DNA from: an uncultured Pseudomonadales bacterium
Lineage (GTDB): Bacteria > Patescibacteriota > Microgenomatia > UBA1400 > PJMF01
NCBI GenBank assembly: GCA_964607285.1
Contig: CAZSJW010000005.1
Location: forward strand, 9,349-73,348
Direction of reading: 5' to 3'
Length of the DNA: 64,000 bases
Both the position numbers and the translations under genes were made by a program. Shown here piece by piece: positions 55,767 through 64,000 of the stretch (positions are counted from its first letter, which is position 1; every line of letters begins with the position of its first letter). Below the pieces are notes generated by a model. It saw only the letters and a program-made list of their open reading frames with translations. It made no database searches and was not told the origin of the DNA.

Positions 55767-58700
55767 GTGCAGTTCTGCCACCATATTGCTACACTCAATG
55801 TAGCCTATATGGAAACTACCACAGAAGAGTATACACAAAAGATTGCAAGCATAGCGTCAGATGAGCTGTCAAAAAGAACAGTGGGTGTTGCATTTATTGC
55901 CTTGGAACAAGGAGGCGTCAAATTAACCGATGAGTCGTTGCAGTTACCACCTGAACTGCAAGCAAGGATCACAAACTTGCTAGGAATTACAGAATTGATT
56001 ACAGAGCTTCGTCACTCCTTGTTTGAACAAGCCTTAAAAAGCGAAATTACCGATCAAAGTAAGTTATATCCCGATCCTGTAGCAATACCAAATCAAGAAA
56101 CATTCGTACAAGACCTTTTGGGGAAAAGTCCGAAATTGTTGGAAAAATTGGCTGAAATCACGGCAAAAGCAAGCGTTTGTCTTACGGTATTACAAGATAC
56201 ACCTCAACATCCAAAAGTATCTGCAATCAAAACTCAAATGGCTGCATGGAAAAGCACTATTGATGCAGTTGCAAGCTCCTTATGTGCAAATGAAACAACT
56301 GAACAGAACTTCTACACGCTCGTTCAAAATAATATTTCTCTGCTAAGAACTGCATCAGAGAAACAGCTGAATCCCACAAACCCACACGGTAAAAAAAATC
56401 GCGGGGAAAGTTATGCTGAGAAATTTACTAGATTACTGCAGATTCCAAGAGCGGTTGATCTCATAGCAGCAGGCACGGATGCTGGGCGTGCTAAAGAATT
56501 TTCAGACAAGCTTATTGATGAGTATTTAGAGACTGCATTTACATTGAACGCTGTCAAAGTACTACACAGAATTCAAAGCCCGCTTACGCTAGAGGGCAAA
56601 GTTAGTAAGTTATTTTCTTGTTTGCGCCAGCACGAGAGTGACCCTATATACTTAGAAATTATTCAAAATAATGGTATAGCAGTTGAGTTTGCAGCGTTAG
56701 GAAATAAGATCAAAAATATCAAGAATGCTGGGTTACTCTACAAAGATGAAAAGCAACAAATTCAAGATCTGAATGCAGCTTTTAAAGAAAAATGTACAAC
56801 AATTGTCGCGACATACTTTGAAAATAACCCAATAGATGAAGAAGTCATAGATCTTGTCTCCACAAAACAAAAACTCCGCGCATTTTTTTTACAATCTGAA
56901 GCACTACGAGCCTCGGGCTCAGATTCTGAAGAGTCAAAAGGCAAGATAACTAAACTTGATGAACAAATGCAAGAGCTGATGATACAAATTGCCAATAAAA
57001 TTGCCCGCATTTTCCCTCATAAAACCTCAACCAATCTCATTGACGTTATAGAAAATTCTGATGCAATCTGTGCTGGAAAGGTAAACATTTTGCTTGCGGT
57101 CTCTAAATACTTAGACCTAAATGCCCGAGCAAACTCGGTGAGAGAAATGATGATTCCAAGCAACAGTGGTCATGTCTGTTTAGAATGCGACCTACCAAGT
57201 GGCAAAAAATTAGTGATTGATGCTGATAGCTCTAATAAAAATAGGCTAGAATCTGCATCCACTACAGATCTTATTGCGTTGATTCGCAAAAACTCACCAG
57301 GTATCACCGATCAGGAACTAAAGTCTGCATTGCGGTATTATGACTTGGCAATACCAAACGCAAGTTCTATCCCATCCAATGCACGTATCGTGCTGTACAC
57401 TACTGAAGAAACAGATATTATCGCCGCAGATGCAGACCAAATAAAGAAATTCAAAAATACTCCCTACCACTTCATCAGACAAAATCCTTACTCAGGAATA
57501 AAGGAAGTCTGGAAAGCAAGCATTCCTTATCCTCACCATATTACGTTGCCTGATAGAGATGGCTACTTTCACATAAACTCTTCGTTCACAAATAATTCAG
57601 GACATTTTCTCGCTAGAGGTTATACAGAACTCGGGTTATATCTGTTTAAAAAACACCTAGCTATGAATCCTTACGATGTTAAAGCATATAAAGGAATTGG
57701 GGGACTGTTACCAAAAACAGAGATGCATACTTTCTTTGCCCAGGTAAAAAAAGAGCAGCCATCACTGTATTGGGACGGAATCAGTGTAGAACACGCAGTA
57801 CTGTGTGCTTATAACGCAATGTTTGATACCGCACTAGAAATCTTTGAACAAACAAAAGCTAAAAGCCCACTCCAATACTACAACAACTTATGGCAACTCT
57901 CTCTAGCAATACGAAATACTATGGGAACAGATGAGTATCAAAATATTACTAAACGAAAATCCAAAGTTAGAAGTTTGCTGCAAGAAGCAAAAAATGCAAA
58001 TCCCACACTTTTTTTCTCAAACTTGTCTAATCCAGAAGAACTTCTTCGTCTGTATGATGCTGAAGCTGATAAAGAGATCGCTATCTTAGAAGAATTGAAA
58101 AAAAATAACCCAAATGGTTTTTGGGATGAAGAACACACTATTCAGTTTTTTCAGAAGCTTCTGAAGCTGTATGCACAAAAGGGATCGAAAGACATTTCAC
58201 AACGTAGTACGGCAGAAAAGATGGCGGAGGAAATAAAAAATAAGCTAAGAGCTTGGTACGATAAAGGTATTTGCAACTATGTTTCTGAACTATACTTACA
58301 CGGGAGTATAAGAGACCCCGACCAAGCATTGTTAGTTCTTCAAGAGTCGAAAACTCATTCGCCTGCTACTTTTTTTAGCAAACCAGAAAATTGCAATCTT
58401 ATGATCCGTATCTATGAAGCACAGAAGGACTTTGCAGGTGCGATCGCTTTTTGTAATGAAGTAAAACAGCAAAATCCAAACTTATTTTGGACCTATCAAT
58501 ACACACCAATTCATGAAGTTTTAGCGGGACTACAAGTAAAAACTGGACTGATTGATACAGCGATCCATCTCTTTGAGGAAGCAAAATCAAAGAACAAACA
58601 TTTCTGGACTGCTTCATACAATGGAGGTTATGCTCAACTTGTAAAGTTATACGCTGCAACTCAGCGAATCCCTGAGGCACTTGCCTTATGTACAGAAGCG

Positions 58701-59141
58701 CAAACTAAAGATCCCAAGTTTATGAGTTCAGAAAGTGGGTATGGAGGGTATGTTCAGCTAGCAGAACTATTCGATTTGAGTGGTCGCACTAGTGATGCTA
58801 TCGAACTACTGCTAGAAGCTCAGCACACAGACACTCGGTTCTGGCAAAGAGAATACTTAAACCCAAACGTGTTTAAATTAGTTGAGTATTATACAAAGAC
58901 AAATCAACTAGCTGAAGCTATAGATTTCCTTGAACAGCTCAAAGTAAAAAATCCTAACTACTTAGGTACCGACTACTATACGCTGTGTGAACTTTACGAA
59001 AAAAACGGTCAACACGCTGAAGCAATACAATGTAAAGCAGACTTACTTCGCACATATGAGGCACTCAGCCTATCAAATCCCAATGTATTCAAGCAATATG
59101 CGGCAAAAGTTAATAGATTGAAGGCAATTGCCTTATCCTAA
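55767..59141 (+). CDS. very large repeat protein (1124 aa) with a C-terminal array of ~36-40-aa TPR/Sel1-like repeats and a possible transglutaminase-like Cys-His-Asp core
   Basis: The C-terminal ~450 aa contain at least 8 repeats of the form A(I/L)xLxxEAxxxNPxxFW (AIELLLEAQHTDTRFW, ALALCTEAQTKDPKFM, AIHLFEEAKSKNKHFW, AIAFCNEVKQQNPNLFW, LLVLQESKTHSPATFF, and others). Mid-protein, ICAGKVNILLAVSKYLDLNARAN...SGHVCLECDLPSGKKLVIDAD places a Cys, a His 43 residues later and an Asp 17 residues after that, as in transglutaminase-like cysteine proteases. An alternative start is the ATG at 55809. Confidence 0.6.
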   Translation: MQFCHHIATLNVAYMETTTEEYTQKIASIASDELSKRTVGVAFIALEQGGVKLTDESLQLPPELQARITNLLGITELITELRHSLFEQALKSEITDQSKLYPDPVAIPNQETFVQDLLGKSPKLLEKLAEITAKASVCLTVLQDTPQHPKVSAIKTQMAAWKSTIDAVASSLCANETTEQNFYTLVQNNISLLRTASEKQLNPTNPHGKKNRGESYAEKFTRLLQIPRAVDLIAAGTDAGRAKEFSDKLIDEYLETAFTLNAVKVLHRIQSPLTLEGKVSKLFSCLRQHESDPIYLEIIQNNGIAVEFAALGNKIKNIKNAGLLYKDEKQQIQDLNAAFKEKCTTIVATYFENNPIDEEVIDLVSTKQKLRAFFLQSEALRASGSDSEESKGKITKLDEQMQELMIQIANKIARIFPHKTSTNLIDVIENSDAICAGKVNILLAVSKYLDLNARANSVREMMIPSNSGHVCLECDLPSGKKLVIDADSSNKNRLESASTTDLIALIRKNSPGITDQELKSALRYYDLAIPNASSIPSNARIVLYTTEETDIIAADADQIKKFKNTPYHFIRQNPYSGIKEVWKASIPYPHHITLPDRDGYFHINSSFTNNSGHFLARGYTELGLYLFKKHLAMNPYDVKAYKGIGGLLPKTEMHTFFAQVKKEQPSLYWDGISVEHAVLCAYNAMFDTALEIFEQTKAKSPLQYYNNLWQLSLAIRNTMGTDEYQNITKRKSKVRSLLQEAKNANPTLFFSNLSNPEELLRLYDAEADKEIAILEELKKNNPNGFWDEEHTIQFFQKLLKLYAQKGSKDISQRSTAEKMAEEIKNKLRAWYDKGICNYVSELYLHGSIRDPDQALLVLQESKTHSPATFFSKPENCNLMIRIYEAQKDFAGAIAFCNEVKQQNPNLFWTYQYTPIHEVLAGLQVKTGLIDTAIHLFEEAKSKNKHFWTASYNGGYAQLVKLYAATQRIPEALALCTEAQTKDPKFMSSESGYGGYVQLAELFDLSGRTSDAIELLLEAQHTDTRFWQREYLNPNVFKLVEYYTKTNQLAEAIDFLEQLKVKNPNYLGTDYYTLCELYEKNGQHAEAIQCKADLLRTYEALSLSNPNVFKQYAAKVNRLKAIALS

Positions 59142-59857
59142 TGCTTTTTCTTGAACTGGAACACTATATAACTTGGAGTTCCTTTTGCATGAATTTTGTT
59201 GGCGATTTCGACAGGAGTATCTGCTGATAATGGGCACTCATCCAAAGCAGTTAGCTGCAAATTAGCACGATGTGCAGCTTTCATGTAGTCGGTGAATGTC
59301 CAGTGATAATCAGTGAATACAAAGTCTGAGTCACCTAACTTTCGCATAACCTTGTACTTGCTGCCTGACTGAAAGTATCCTTTGAACTCTGTCTCAATAT
59401 CCGTTCTTCCAAAAAACTTTTTTCCCATGTATCCATCGAAACAAGGATGACCTGAGCTTACAATCAATGTTCCATCATCTAGCAGTAAATCTGCTCCTGT
59501 TTGAAACACAGCGTTGAAGGCAGCTTTCGTTGCAACTGAAGGCAGCAACATATTACATAGTACAACGTCAAACATGTCACTTCGTTTCAATTCTGTAGCA
59601 TCACCAAGTAAAAACGTTCCGTCAGGATGTCTCCTTTTTGCCTGAGCAAGCATGTCCTCTGAAATATCAATTCCTGTGTACGAGTACCCTTTGTTTCCAA
59701 CAAAAGAATATAGGTCGCCTGTGCCGCAAGCCAAATCTAACAATGATTGCTTGCCCTTTGCATCTGCTAGTAAGCGATCAAGCGCAGGAAAGAGTGTGTA
59801 AAATTTATCCTGAGGTTGCTTGTAGTTTTTTACTGAACTGCCATAATATTCTTCCAT
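59138..59857 (-). CDS. class I SAM-dependent methyltransferase
   Basis: LLDLACGTGDLYSFV (motif I), GIDISEDML (motif II/post I) and FDVVLCNMLL (motif IV region). It overlaps the preceding gene by 4 nt. Confidence 0.75.
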   Translation of the reverse strand: MEEYYGSSVKNYKQPQDKFYTLFPALDRLLADAKGKQSLLDLACGTGDLYSFVGNKGYSYTGIDISEDMLAQAKRRHPDGTFLLGDATELKRSDMFDVVLCNMLLPSVATKAAFNAVFQTGADLLLDDGTLIVSSGHPCFDGYMGKKFFGRTDIETEFKGYFQSGSKYKVMRKLGDSDFVFTDYHWTFTDYMKAAHRANLQLTALDECPLSADTPVEIANKIHAKGTPSYIVFQFKKKH

Positions 59858-59913
59858 ACATACCTTTTGATTGATACTCTGCTCCCCAGTGTATTGTATA
59901 GTATGCAGTATCT

Positions 59914-60276
59914 ATGCTTAATGCGAACGAGGTAACTGCAGTAAACTGGGATGATGATCCCACGCAATTGTACATAGGCCCTGATGAAGCTTTTAGCAGA
60001 CTTGCCAGCAGATGTTTAGAGGTCATCAGTAGTGAAAAGCTTGAAGAGCTAATGCAGGGATATAGTAAGTTTAATGAACCAATCTACATTCGGGGCCTTA
60101 GTTCTTATCACAAAGATGATAACTTCAAACTCAAAGCATTTTTTAGGGTTATCCCCGAGTATTTTGCAAGTGCACTGCAAGTAGGCTTGTCACAGGATCA
60201 GGCGCAAAAGCTAATTCTTACTGTTCTAGAAGCCAGTCCATATGTTTTGATCAACCAGAGAAAACATTTCTACTGA
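59914..60276 (+). CDS. hypothetical protein (120 aa)
   Basis: First ORF of a three-gene plus-strand run transcribed divergently from the methyltransferase. Confidence 0.45.
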   Translation: MLNANEVTAVNWDDDPTQLYIGPDEAFSRLASRCLEVISSEKLEELMQGYSKFNEPIYIRGLSSYHKDDNFKLKAFFRVIPEYFASALQVGLSQDQAQKLILTVLEASPYVLINQRKHFY

Positions 60277-60305
60277 TTAGTCGAGCATTTAGAAATGCAA
60301 AATCA

Positions 60306-60962
60306 ATGCACCTACCCCTCCCTAAAGAGGATTTTGTTGCACTGTGTGATTTTTTTGCTTCGGCTGCTAAGTATGGAGTTGATGATTCTTCTGCGTATGC
60401 GTACTCATTAGCACAACGCATGGGACTATCTACTTCTCAGAGCATACAATTGATCTCCAAACTAATAGACGCTGATGGAGCAATCAGTGGCTATACATTT
60501 GGCTCATTTTCTAGAGCATTACGAACACTGGTCCTTTCGGATGTTAAACCAGAAAGTGTTGTCAGAATGTTCGATGTATTAGGTGGTACAAGACCGTACT
60601 TGCACCAAGACAAGTTTGATGCTTTCCAGAACATGGTGACGTTTGATTGCCCACTGCATAGAATTTCACCACAAGAACTAATGGATATGCTGCTGAGTGC
60701 TGTCGATTCAGGAGAAACCATAGAAGCAGTGTTAACTCGATTTCAAAATAGTGATCAAAAGCAACTATCTGGAACATTGCCTTTTGAAGTATTCAGTAGT
60801 CAATCTGAAAAAAACCAATATTTTATACAAAAACCAGGAAAACTTGAACTTGCAGCTTTGCCCTATCAGACAAAGAGGTCACTGCAAAACGGACATCGAG
60901 ATTTAGAGGAAATAGCTATAGCGTCATCGGCTGAAATGCAAGAAGTTGGAGAGGGTTTTTAG
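60306..60962 (+). CDS. hypothetical protein (218 aa)
   Basis: ORF 30 nt downstream of the previous one, with no motif. Confidence 0.5.
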   Translation: MHLPLPKEDFVALCDFFASAAKYGVDDSSAYAYSLAQRMGLSTSQSIQLISKLIDADGAISGYTFGSFSRALRTLVLSDVKPESVVRMFDVLGGTRPYLHQDKFDAFQNMVTFDCPLHRISPQELMDMLLSAVDSGETIEAVLTRFQNSDQKQLSGTLPFEVFSSQSEKNQYFIQKPGKLELAALPYQTKRSLQNGHRDLEEIAIASSAEMQEVGEGF

Positions 60963-61040
60963 GTATATGATCCTGATACACAGACTTGGTATTCGCTGGG
61001 AGGAAAATTAGAGGTCAAACACAGTGGAGTAAGACATACT

Positions 61041-61532
61041 ATGGCGAACTATGATGTGAGTCAACTGAGCGCAAAACCATTGTTATTTCACTGTCACCCA
61101 GAAGAGTATGAAATAATGGTCATGCCCCCAAATAAATCAAACATTTGCCCCGAACAATATAGAGATCAAGTTACAAAATTTTTCAGTGCAACACCGAGTG
61201 GAGCAGATTATGCCGTGATTGCTGATTTTATAGAGCAAGCTACCAGCCCTATGACCACTCGTTCCTTTATTGTGCATTCTCTGGGTACAACAGAATGTAC
61301 CTACACACCTGATCTTGAGTTGCTTAATAAAATGTCACTTTTTTCAAGATGGCTGAGAGATCAGGTGCTGTTTGATTTTAACTGGAACGAGCTAGGAGGT
61401 AGAGATATAGCACCTATGGAACTAGTAGAGCACTTGGTAAGCAGACTGAACAGGAAACTACCTCCAGGTTTCAGCATTTCACTATACCCACCTGGCCATA
61501 TTATTGACAACACGGATAAACCTCCAGCCTAA
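61041..61532 (+). CDS. hypothetical protein (163 aa)
   Basis: An ORF containing FHCHPEE and PSGADY segments. A JAMM-like reading was considered and rejected. Confidence 0.5.
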   Translation: MANYDVSQLSAKPLLFHCHPEEYEIMVMPPNKSNICPEQYRDQVTKFFSATPSGADYAVIADFIEQATSPMTTRSFIVHSLGTTECTYTPDLELLNKMSLFSRWLRDQVLFDFNWNELGGRDIAPMELVEHLVSRLNRKLPPGFSISLYPPGHIIDNTDKPPA

Positions 61533-62123
61533 CTACTGAAGGAGATCTATATCATTCCTAGCATTCACTGTATTGTTAGGTCTAAACTTATCATAGACTT
61601 TTTGTGCAGGTACTTTTAAGACACTAGTATCAACCTGCAAGATTATCGCATTGAACACTAACTTCCAAGCTGATAACGCCAGTGTTACCCCTAACGCATT
61701 TTCAATAAATGGCCTGCTTCCACTACCTGCCTGGACCGATAAAACATTTAAAATCTGAACAGGATTTGCCAAAAAAACCTGAGTAAAGTTGATAAGATGA
61801 CCTGCTGCTGCAATTCCCATTGAATTTCTAATGAAAACTTTGATTGCTGTAGACATAACACTAGCACTGTAAAATTTTTCTTCCAATGCTTTCGTTTCTA
61901 ATGCCACACTAACAATGTTTGCTATGCCAATCATAGCCACAGCAATCAGTTGCATTTGTTCATTGGATAGATGCTCACCTACTTCATGAACTAGGTACGT
62001 TAAAAAAGATTGAAGAGGAACCAATACTGGGAGTGAAATCGTCCCGATCGCACCAGAAATCACCAATTTTTCAGGATGAACTGCTTTTTTGGCAGCTTCA
62101 TATTTTTCTAAAAAACTTACCAT
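61533..62123 (-). CDS. hypothetical integral membrane protein (196 aa)
   Basis: Four to five hydrophobic segments and no motif. Confidence 0.5.
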   Translation of the reverse strand: MVSFLEKYEAAKKAVHPEKLVISGAIGTISLPVLVPLQSFLTYLVHEVGEHLSNEQMQLIAVAMIGIANIVSVALETKALEEKFYSASVMSTAIKVFIRNSMGIAAAGHLINFTQVFLANPVQILNVLSVQAGSGSRPFIENALGVTLALSAWKLVFNAIILQVDTSVLKVPAQKVYDKFRPNNTVNARNDIDLLQ

Positions 62124-62149
62124 TGGATATTCCCATGCGCAAACAATGA

Positions 62150-62722
62150 CTAAGTATACATTTCTAAATCCAACTCAAATCTGACTCGGCCTGCCTGAAC
62201 TGTACCTTCACCAAATTGATTTGTAAGATTCTTCTTTGATCCTTCATTCTTTTCAGAAGTTGAGGCCATTACCTTCTTAAAACCAAGCTCTTTTGCATGT
62301 TTGAGTATCATATTTCCCACGGTGCTTGCTATGCCTTGTCTCCAGTATTGTTTCTCACCAATTGTAATTGCTCTCTCAAAGATCATATCATCAAGAGCTA
62401 TACCGTTCATGCTTACATGACCAATAAATCCATATTGTGGATGCTCAATGCGAAAGAAAGCGAACATAGGACTTTCAACCGTGTACCTTATAAACTCGGA
62501 TACTGCCACTTTGGTATTTCTATCAACTGTGTACGGAGTATTTGTAGCAAGATATCGAAAAACTTCTAAATCTGCAAACCACTTTTCATGCTCAGCAACT
62601 TCAGTTCCGTTAAAAGGTACGAGTTGAATTCCTGACACCTCATCCCAAACGGCTATCGTTTTGAGCTTCTGAATTACCAAAGGATATCCCAGGAATTCAC
62701 CATACTGTGCTACCTCTTTCAT
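62150..62722 (-). CDS. GNAT-family N-acetyltransferase
   Basis: Acetyl-CoA binding motif A, RQGIASTVGNMILKHAKELGFKKV (R/Q-x-x-G-x-A/G), at RimL/RimJ-like size. Confidence 0.6.
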   Translation of the reverse strand: MKEVAQYGEFLGYPLVIQKLKTIAVWDEVSGIQLVPFNGTEVAEHEKWFADLEVFRYLATNTPYTVDRNTKVAVSEFIRYTVESPMFAFFRIEHPQYGFIGHVSMNGIALDDMIFERAITIGEKQYWRQGIASTVGNMILKHAKELGFKKVMASTSEKNEGSKKNLTNQFGEGTVQAGRVRFELDLEMYT

Positions 62723-62836
62723 ATCTTATAATAGTATGCAATAAATGGATACAATTCACTACCTGCAGACAAAAATACAATAACTGACCACATTCTAGCA
62801 GTCAGTTACTGTGTAAATACTCTTACCTCAGCTATG

Positions 62837-63151
62837 TCAATCAGTGGCACGATCCCATAATTCCTCAGCACGATTTTGGAGCATATCTAGCCTGTCTTTT
62901 ACGCTAACTTTAAACTCAGACCAGGATTGCTCAGCATCTGTTTGCATATCACTTACATCATTCGTGTACGTGTTGATCTTAATCTCTATTTGATCACGGC
63001 GGTTGCGAAACTCAGTTTTCCAGTCCTTGCTTCTCATCTCATCATCATTTTTTTTCACCATCCAGTCATCTACTTCGCTCTGGAAATCAGATATTGTTTG
63101 CTCAACCTGATCCTTAAAAGTTGGTTTTGCTAACTGTGTATCATTCATCAT
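62837..63151 (-). CDS. small acidic helical hypothetical protein (104 aa)
   Basis: ORF with coiled-coil-like composition. Confidence 0.45.
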   Translation of the reverse strand: MMNDTQLAKPTFKDQVEQTISDFQSEVDDWMVKKNDDEMRSKDWKTEFRNRRDQIEIKINTYTNDVSDMQTDAEQSWSEFKVSVKDRLDMLQNRAEELWDRATD

Positions 63152-63172
63152 GACCTTTCTTGTAATTGATAC

Positions 63173-63379
63173 TTACTTTTTCTCTCCCTCTACCCAGTCG
63201 CCAGCCTTATTTTTGTGATACTTATGTTTCACAGCTGACCAGGCGACCTTATGGGCAGTTACTTCTTCATCATACTGTTCAAGTGCGCAGTTGAACGCTT
63301 CGCGATATATTTCCTGCGCATGATAGGGTAGACTGCCTCGTACTGATTCTGGTAAATCTGTATTTTTTGCAAATGGCAT
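63173..63379 (-). CDS. chaB: cation transport regulator ChaB
   Basis: MPFAKNTDLPESVRGSLPYHAQEIYREAFNCALEQYDEEVTAHKVAWSAVKHKYHK aligns almost residue for residue with E. coli ChaB (MPYKTKSDLPESVKHVLPSHAQDIYKEAFNSAWDQY...ETAHKVAWAAVKHEYAK). Confidence 0.8.
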   Translation of the reverse strand: MPFAKNTDLPESVRGSLPYHAQEIYREAFNCALEQYDEEVTAHKVAWSAVKHKYHKNKAGDWVEGEKK

Positions 63380-63399
63380 GCAAGTCCTCTAAGCTGTCT

Positions 63400-63774
63400 C
63401 TACAACACCATGACAATTATTCTGTATACAAGGATTATTACTAAAACGCTTATCAAAATGTCGAATACTGCACCCAGTGCTAGAGGACCTCTTCCAACCA
63501 CAGCGCCTACTATAAGGAGAATTAAAATTAGTTCAAGCAATCCCCTACGTTCCTTTCCTTTGAACCATCGGTTCGAGAGTACTTCAGCATACGGTTGCTG
63601 TCTGTATATAAGTTTAAAGTGGCCGTTTGTGAATTTGGCAAGCCTTATGTAACAGTCCCGTAAGTGAGAAATGTCTGGATCTACCTGAATTATAAAGCTG
63701 ATAATGAAATGTAGATAACGTACACAACGTACATTCCAATTAATAGCAGCCCTGCTCTTCTCCCAATTGTCCAT
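63400..63774 (-). CDS. small membrane protein; only the C-terminal ~50 aa look genuine
   Basis: The C-terminal [42 protein letters not shown] resembles DUF1328/YtjA-like small membrane proteins. The 5' part of the tracked ORF overlaps the exchanger gene and is probably not translated. Confidence 0.3.
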   Translation of the reverse strand: MDNWEKSRAAINWNVRCVRYLHFIISFIIQVDPDISHLRDCYIRLAKFTNGHFKLIYRQQPYAEVLSNRWFKGKERRGLLELILILLIVGAVVGRGPLALGAVFDILISVLVIILVYRIIVMVL

Positions 63775-64000
63775 TTTCGGACTACTAGAATGAATAAAAT
63801 AGCTATTACCGTAGCGAATAGGAGAAAGACACTACTCAGTAAGTTATCAGTACCTACAGCAATTGAGCCACCTCTTGCTAACAGGATTATTAGCCAAGGT
63901 AGACCTAAACCAACCAGAATATCAAAAATATTTGACCCAACAGCATTGCTCACTGCCATGTCGCCTCTGCCTTGCTTAGCTACGATGATTGATGAGAGCA
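63690..64000 (-). CDS. CaCA-family cation/Ca2+ exchanger, C-terminal part only; the gene continues beyond the window end
   Basis: [22 protein letters not shown] is the alpha-2 repeat signature (GSNIFNIL) of Na+/Ca2+ and H+/Ca2+ exchangers, followed by two TM helices. The ORF is open to position 64000. Confidence 0.7.
   Translation of the reverse strand, partial: LSSIIVAKQGRGDMAVSNAVGSNIFDILVGLGLPWLIILLARGGSIAVGTDNLLSSVFLLFATVIAILFILVVRKWTIGRRAGLLLIGMYVVYVIYISLSAL

Noticed and set aside
61041-61532. JAMM/MPN+ metalloprotease motif (HCHP ... PSGADY) in the 163-aa protein
   Set aside because: The His-x-His and Ser-x-x-Asp elements are ~37 residues apart instead of ~7. There is also no upstream Glu at the right distance, so the canonical E-HxH-S-D motif is not satisfied.
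1-64000. CRISPR arrays, transposases, integrases and prophage genes
   Set aside because: No regularly spaced direct repeats and no IS or phage integrase-like ORFs were seen anywhere in the window. The long hypothetical genes show no transposase DDE or tyrosine-recombinase motifs.

Overview
This 64-kb window is a gene-dense bacterial chromosomal segment with moderate GC content and the standard genetic code (intact genes end in TAA or TGA). Gene content suggests a small, possibly host-associated genome. Roughly half the window holds recognisable housekeeping genes, and the rest holds long orphan ORFs with no recognisable domains. No CRISPR array, transposase, integrase or rRNA gene was seen. 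All calls are made by eye from the translations, with no database search.

Recognised genes and elements:
- RNA polymerase sigma-70 factor RpoD and DNA primase DnaG, about 12.7 kb apart rather than adjacent
- MutS and MutL with a Nudix hydrolase between them
- glutamate dehydrogenase
- a csoR-trxA-trxB cluster
- an OmpR-type response regulator and histidine kinase followed by a secreted LTXXQ-like protein
- argininosuccinate synthase (ArgG) carrying an extra C-terminal MGS-like domain
- a codA-like / pyrD / pyrE / purA block, then a Nudix hydrolase and pterin-4a-carbinolamine dehydratase
- an HhH-GPD glycosylase and a GIY-YIG protein
- an RlmI-like methyltransferase, a CapA metallophosphatase, an FkbM methyltransferase and enolase
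- ChaB next to a partial CaCA cation exchanger
- one tRNA-Asn(GUU) without an encoded CCA end

The most notable observations:
- Three independent decayed genes: a 2.4-kb multi-domain gene with tandem cNMP-binding domains, a HAD 5'-nucleotidase-like gene with two in-frame TAA stops, and a tandem paralogue of a J-like-domain protein
- The ArgG-MGS fusion
- A group of three to four terminator hairpins just upstream of argG
- A J-like domain that lacks the HPD motif
- A TPM-domain protein with a very long coiled coil
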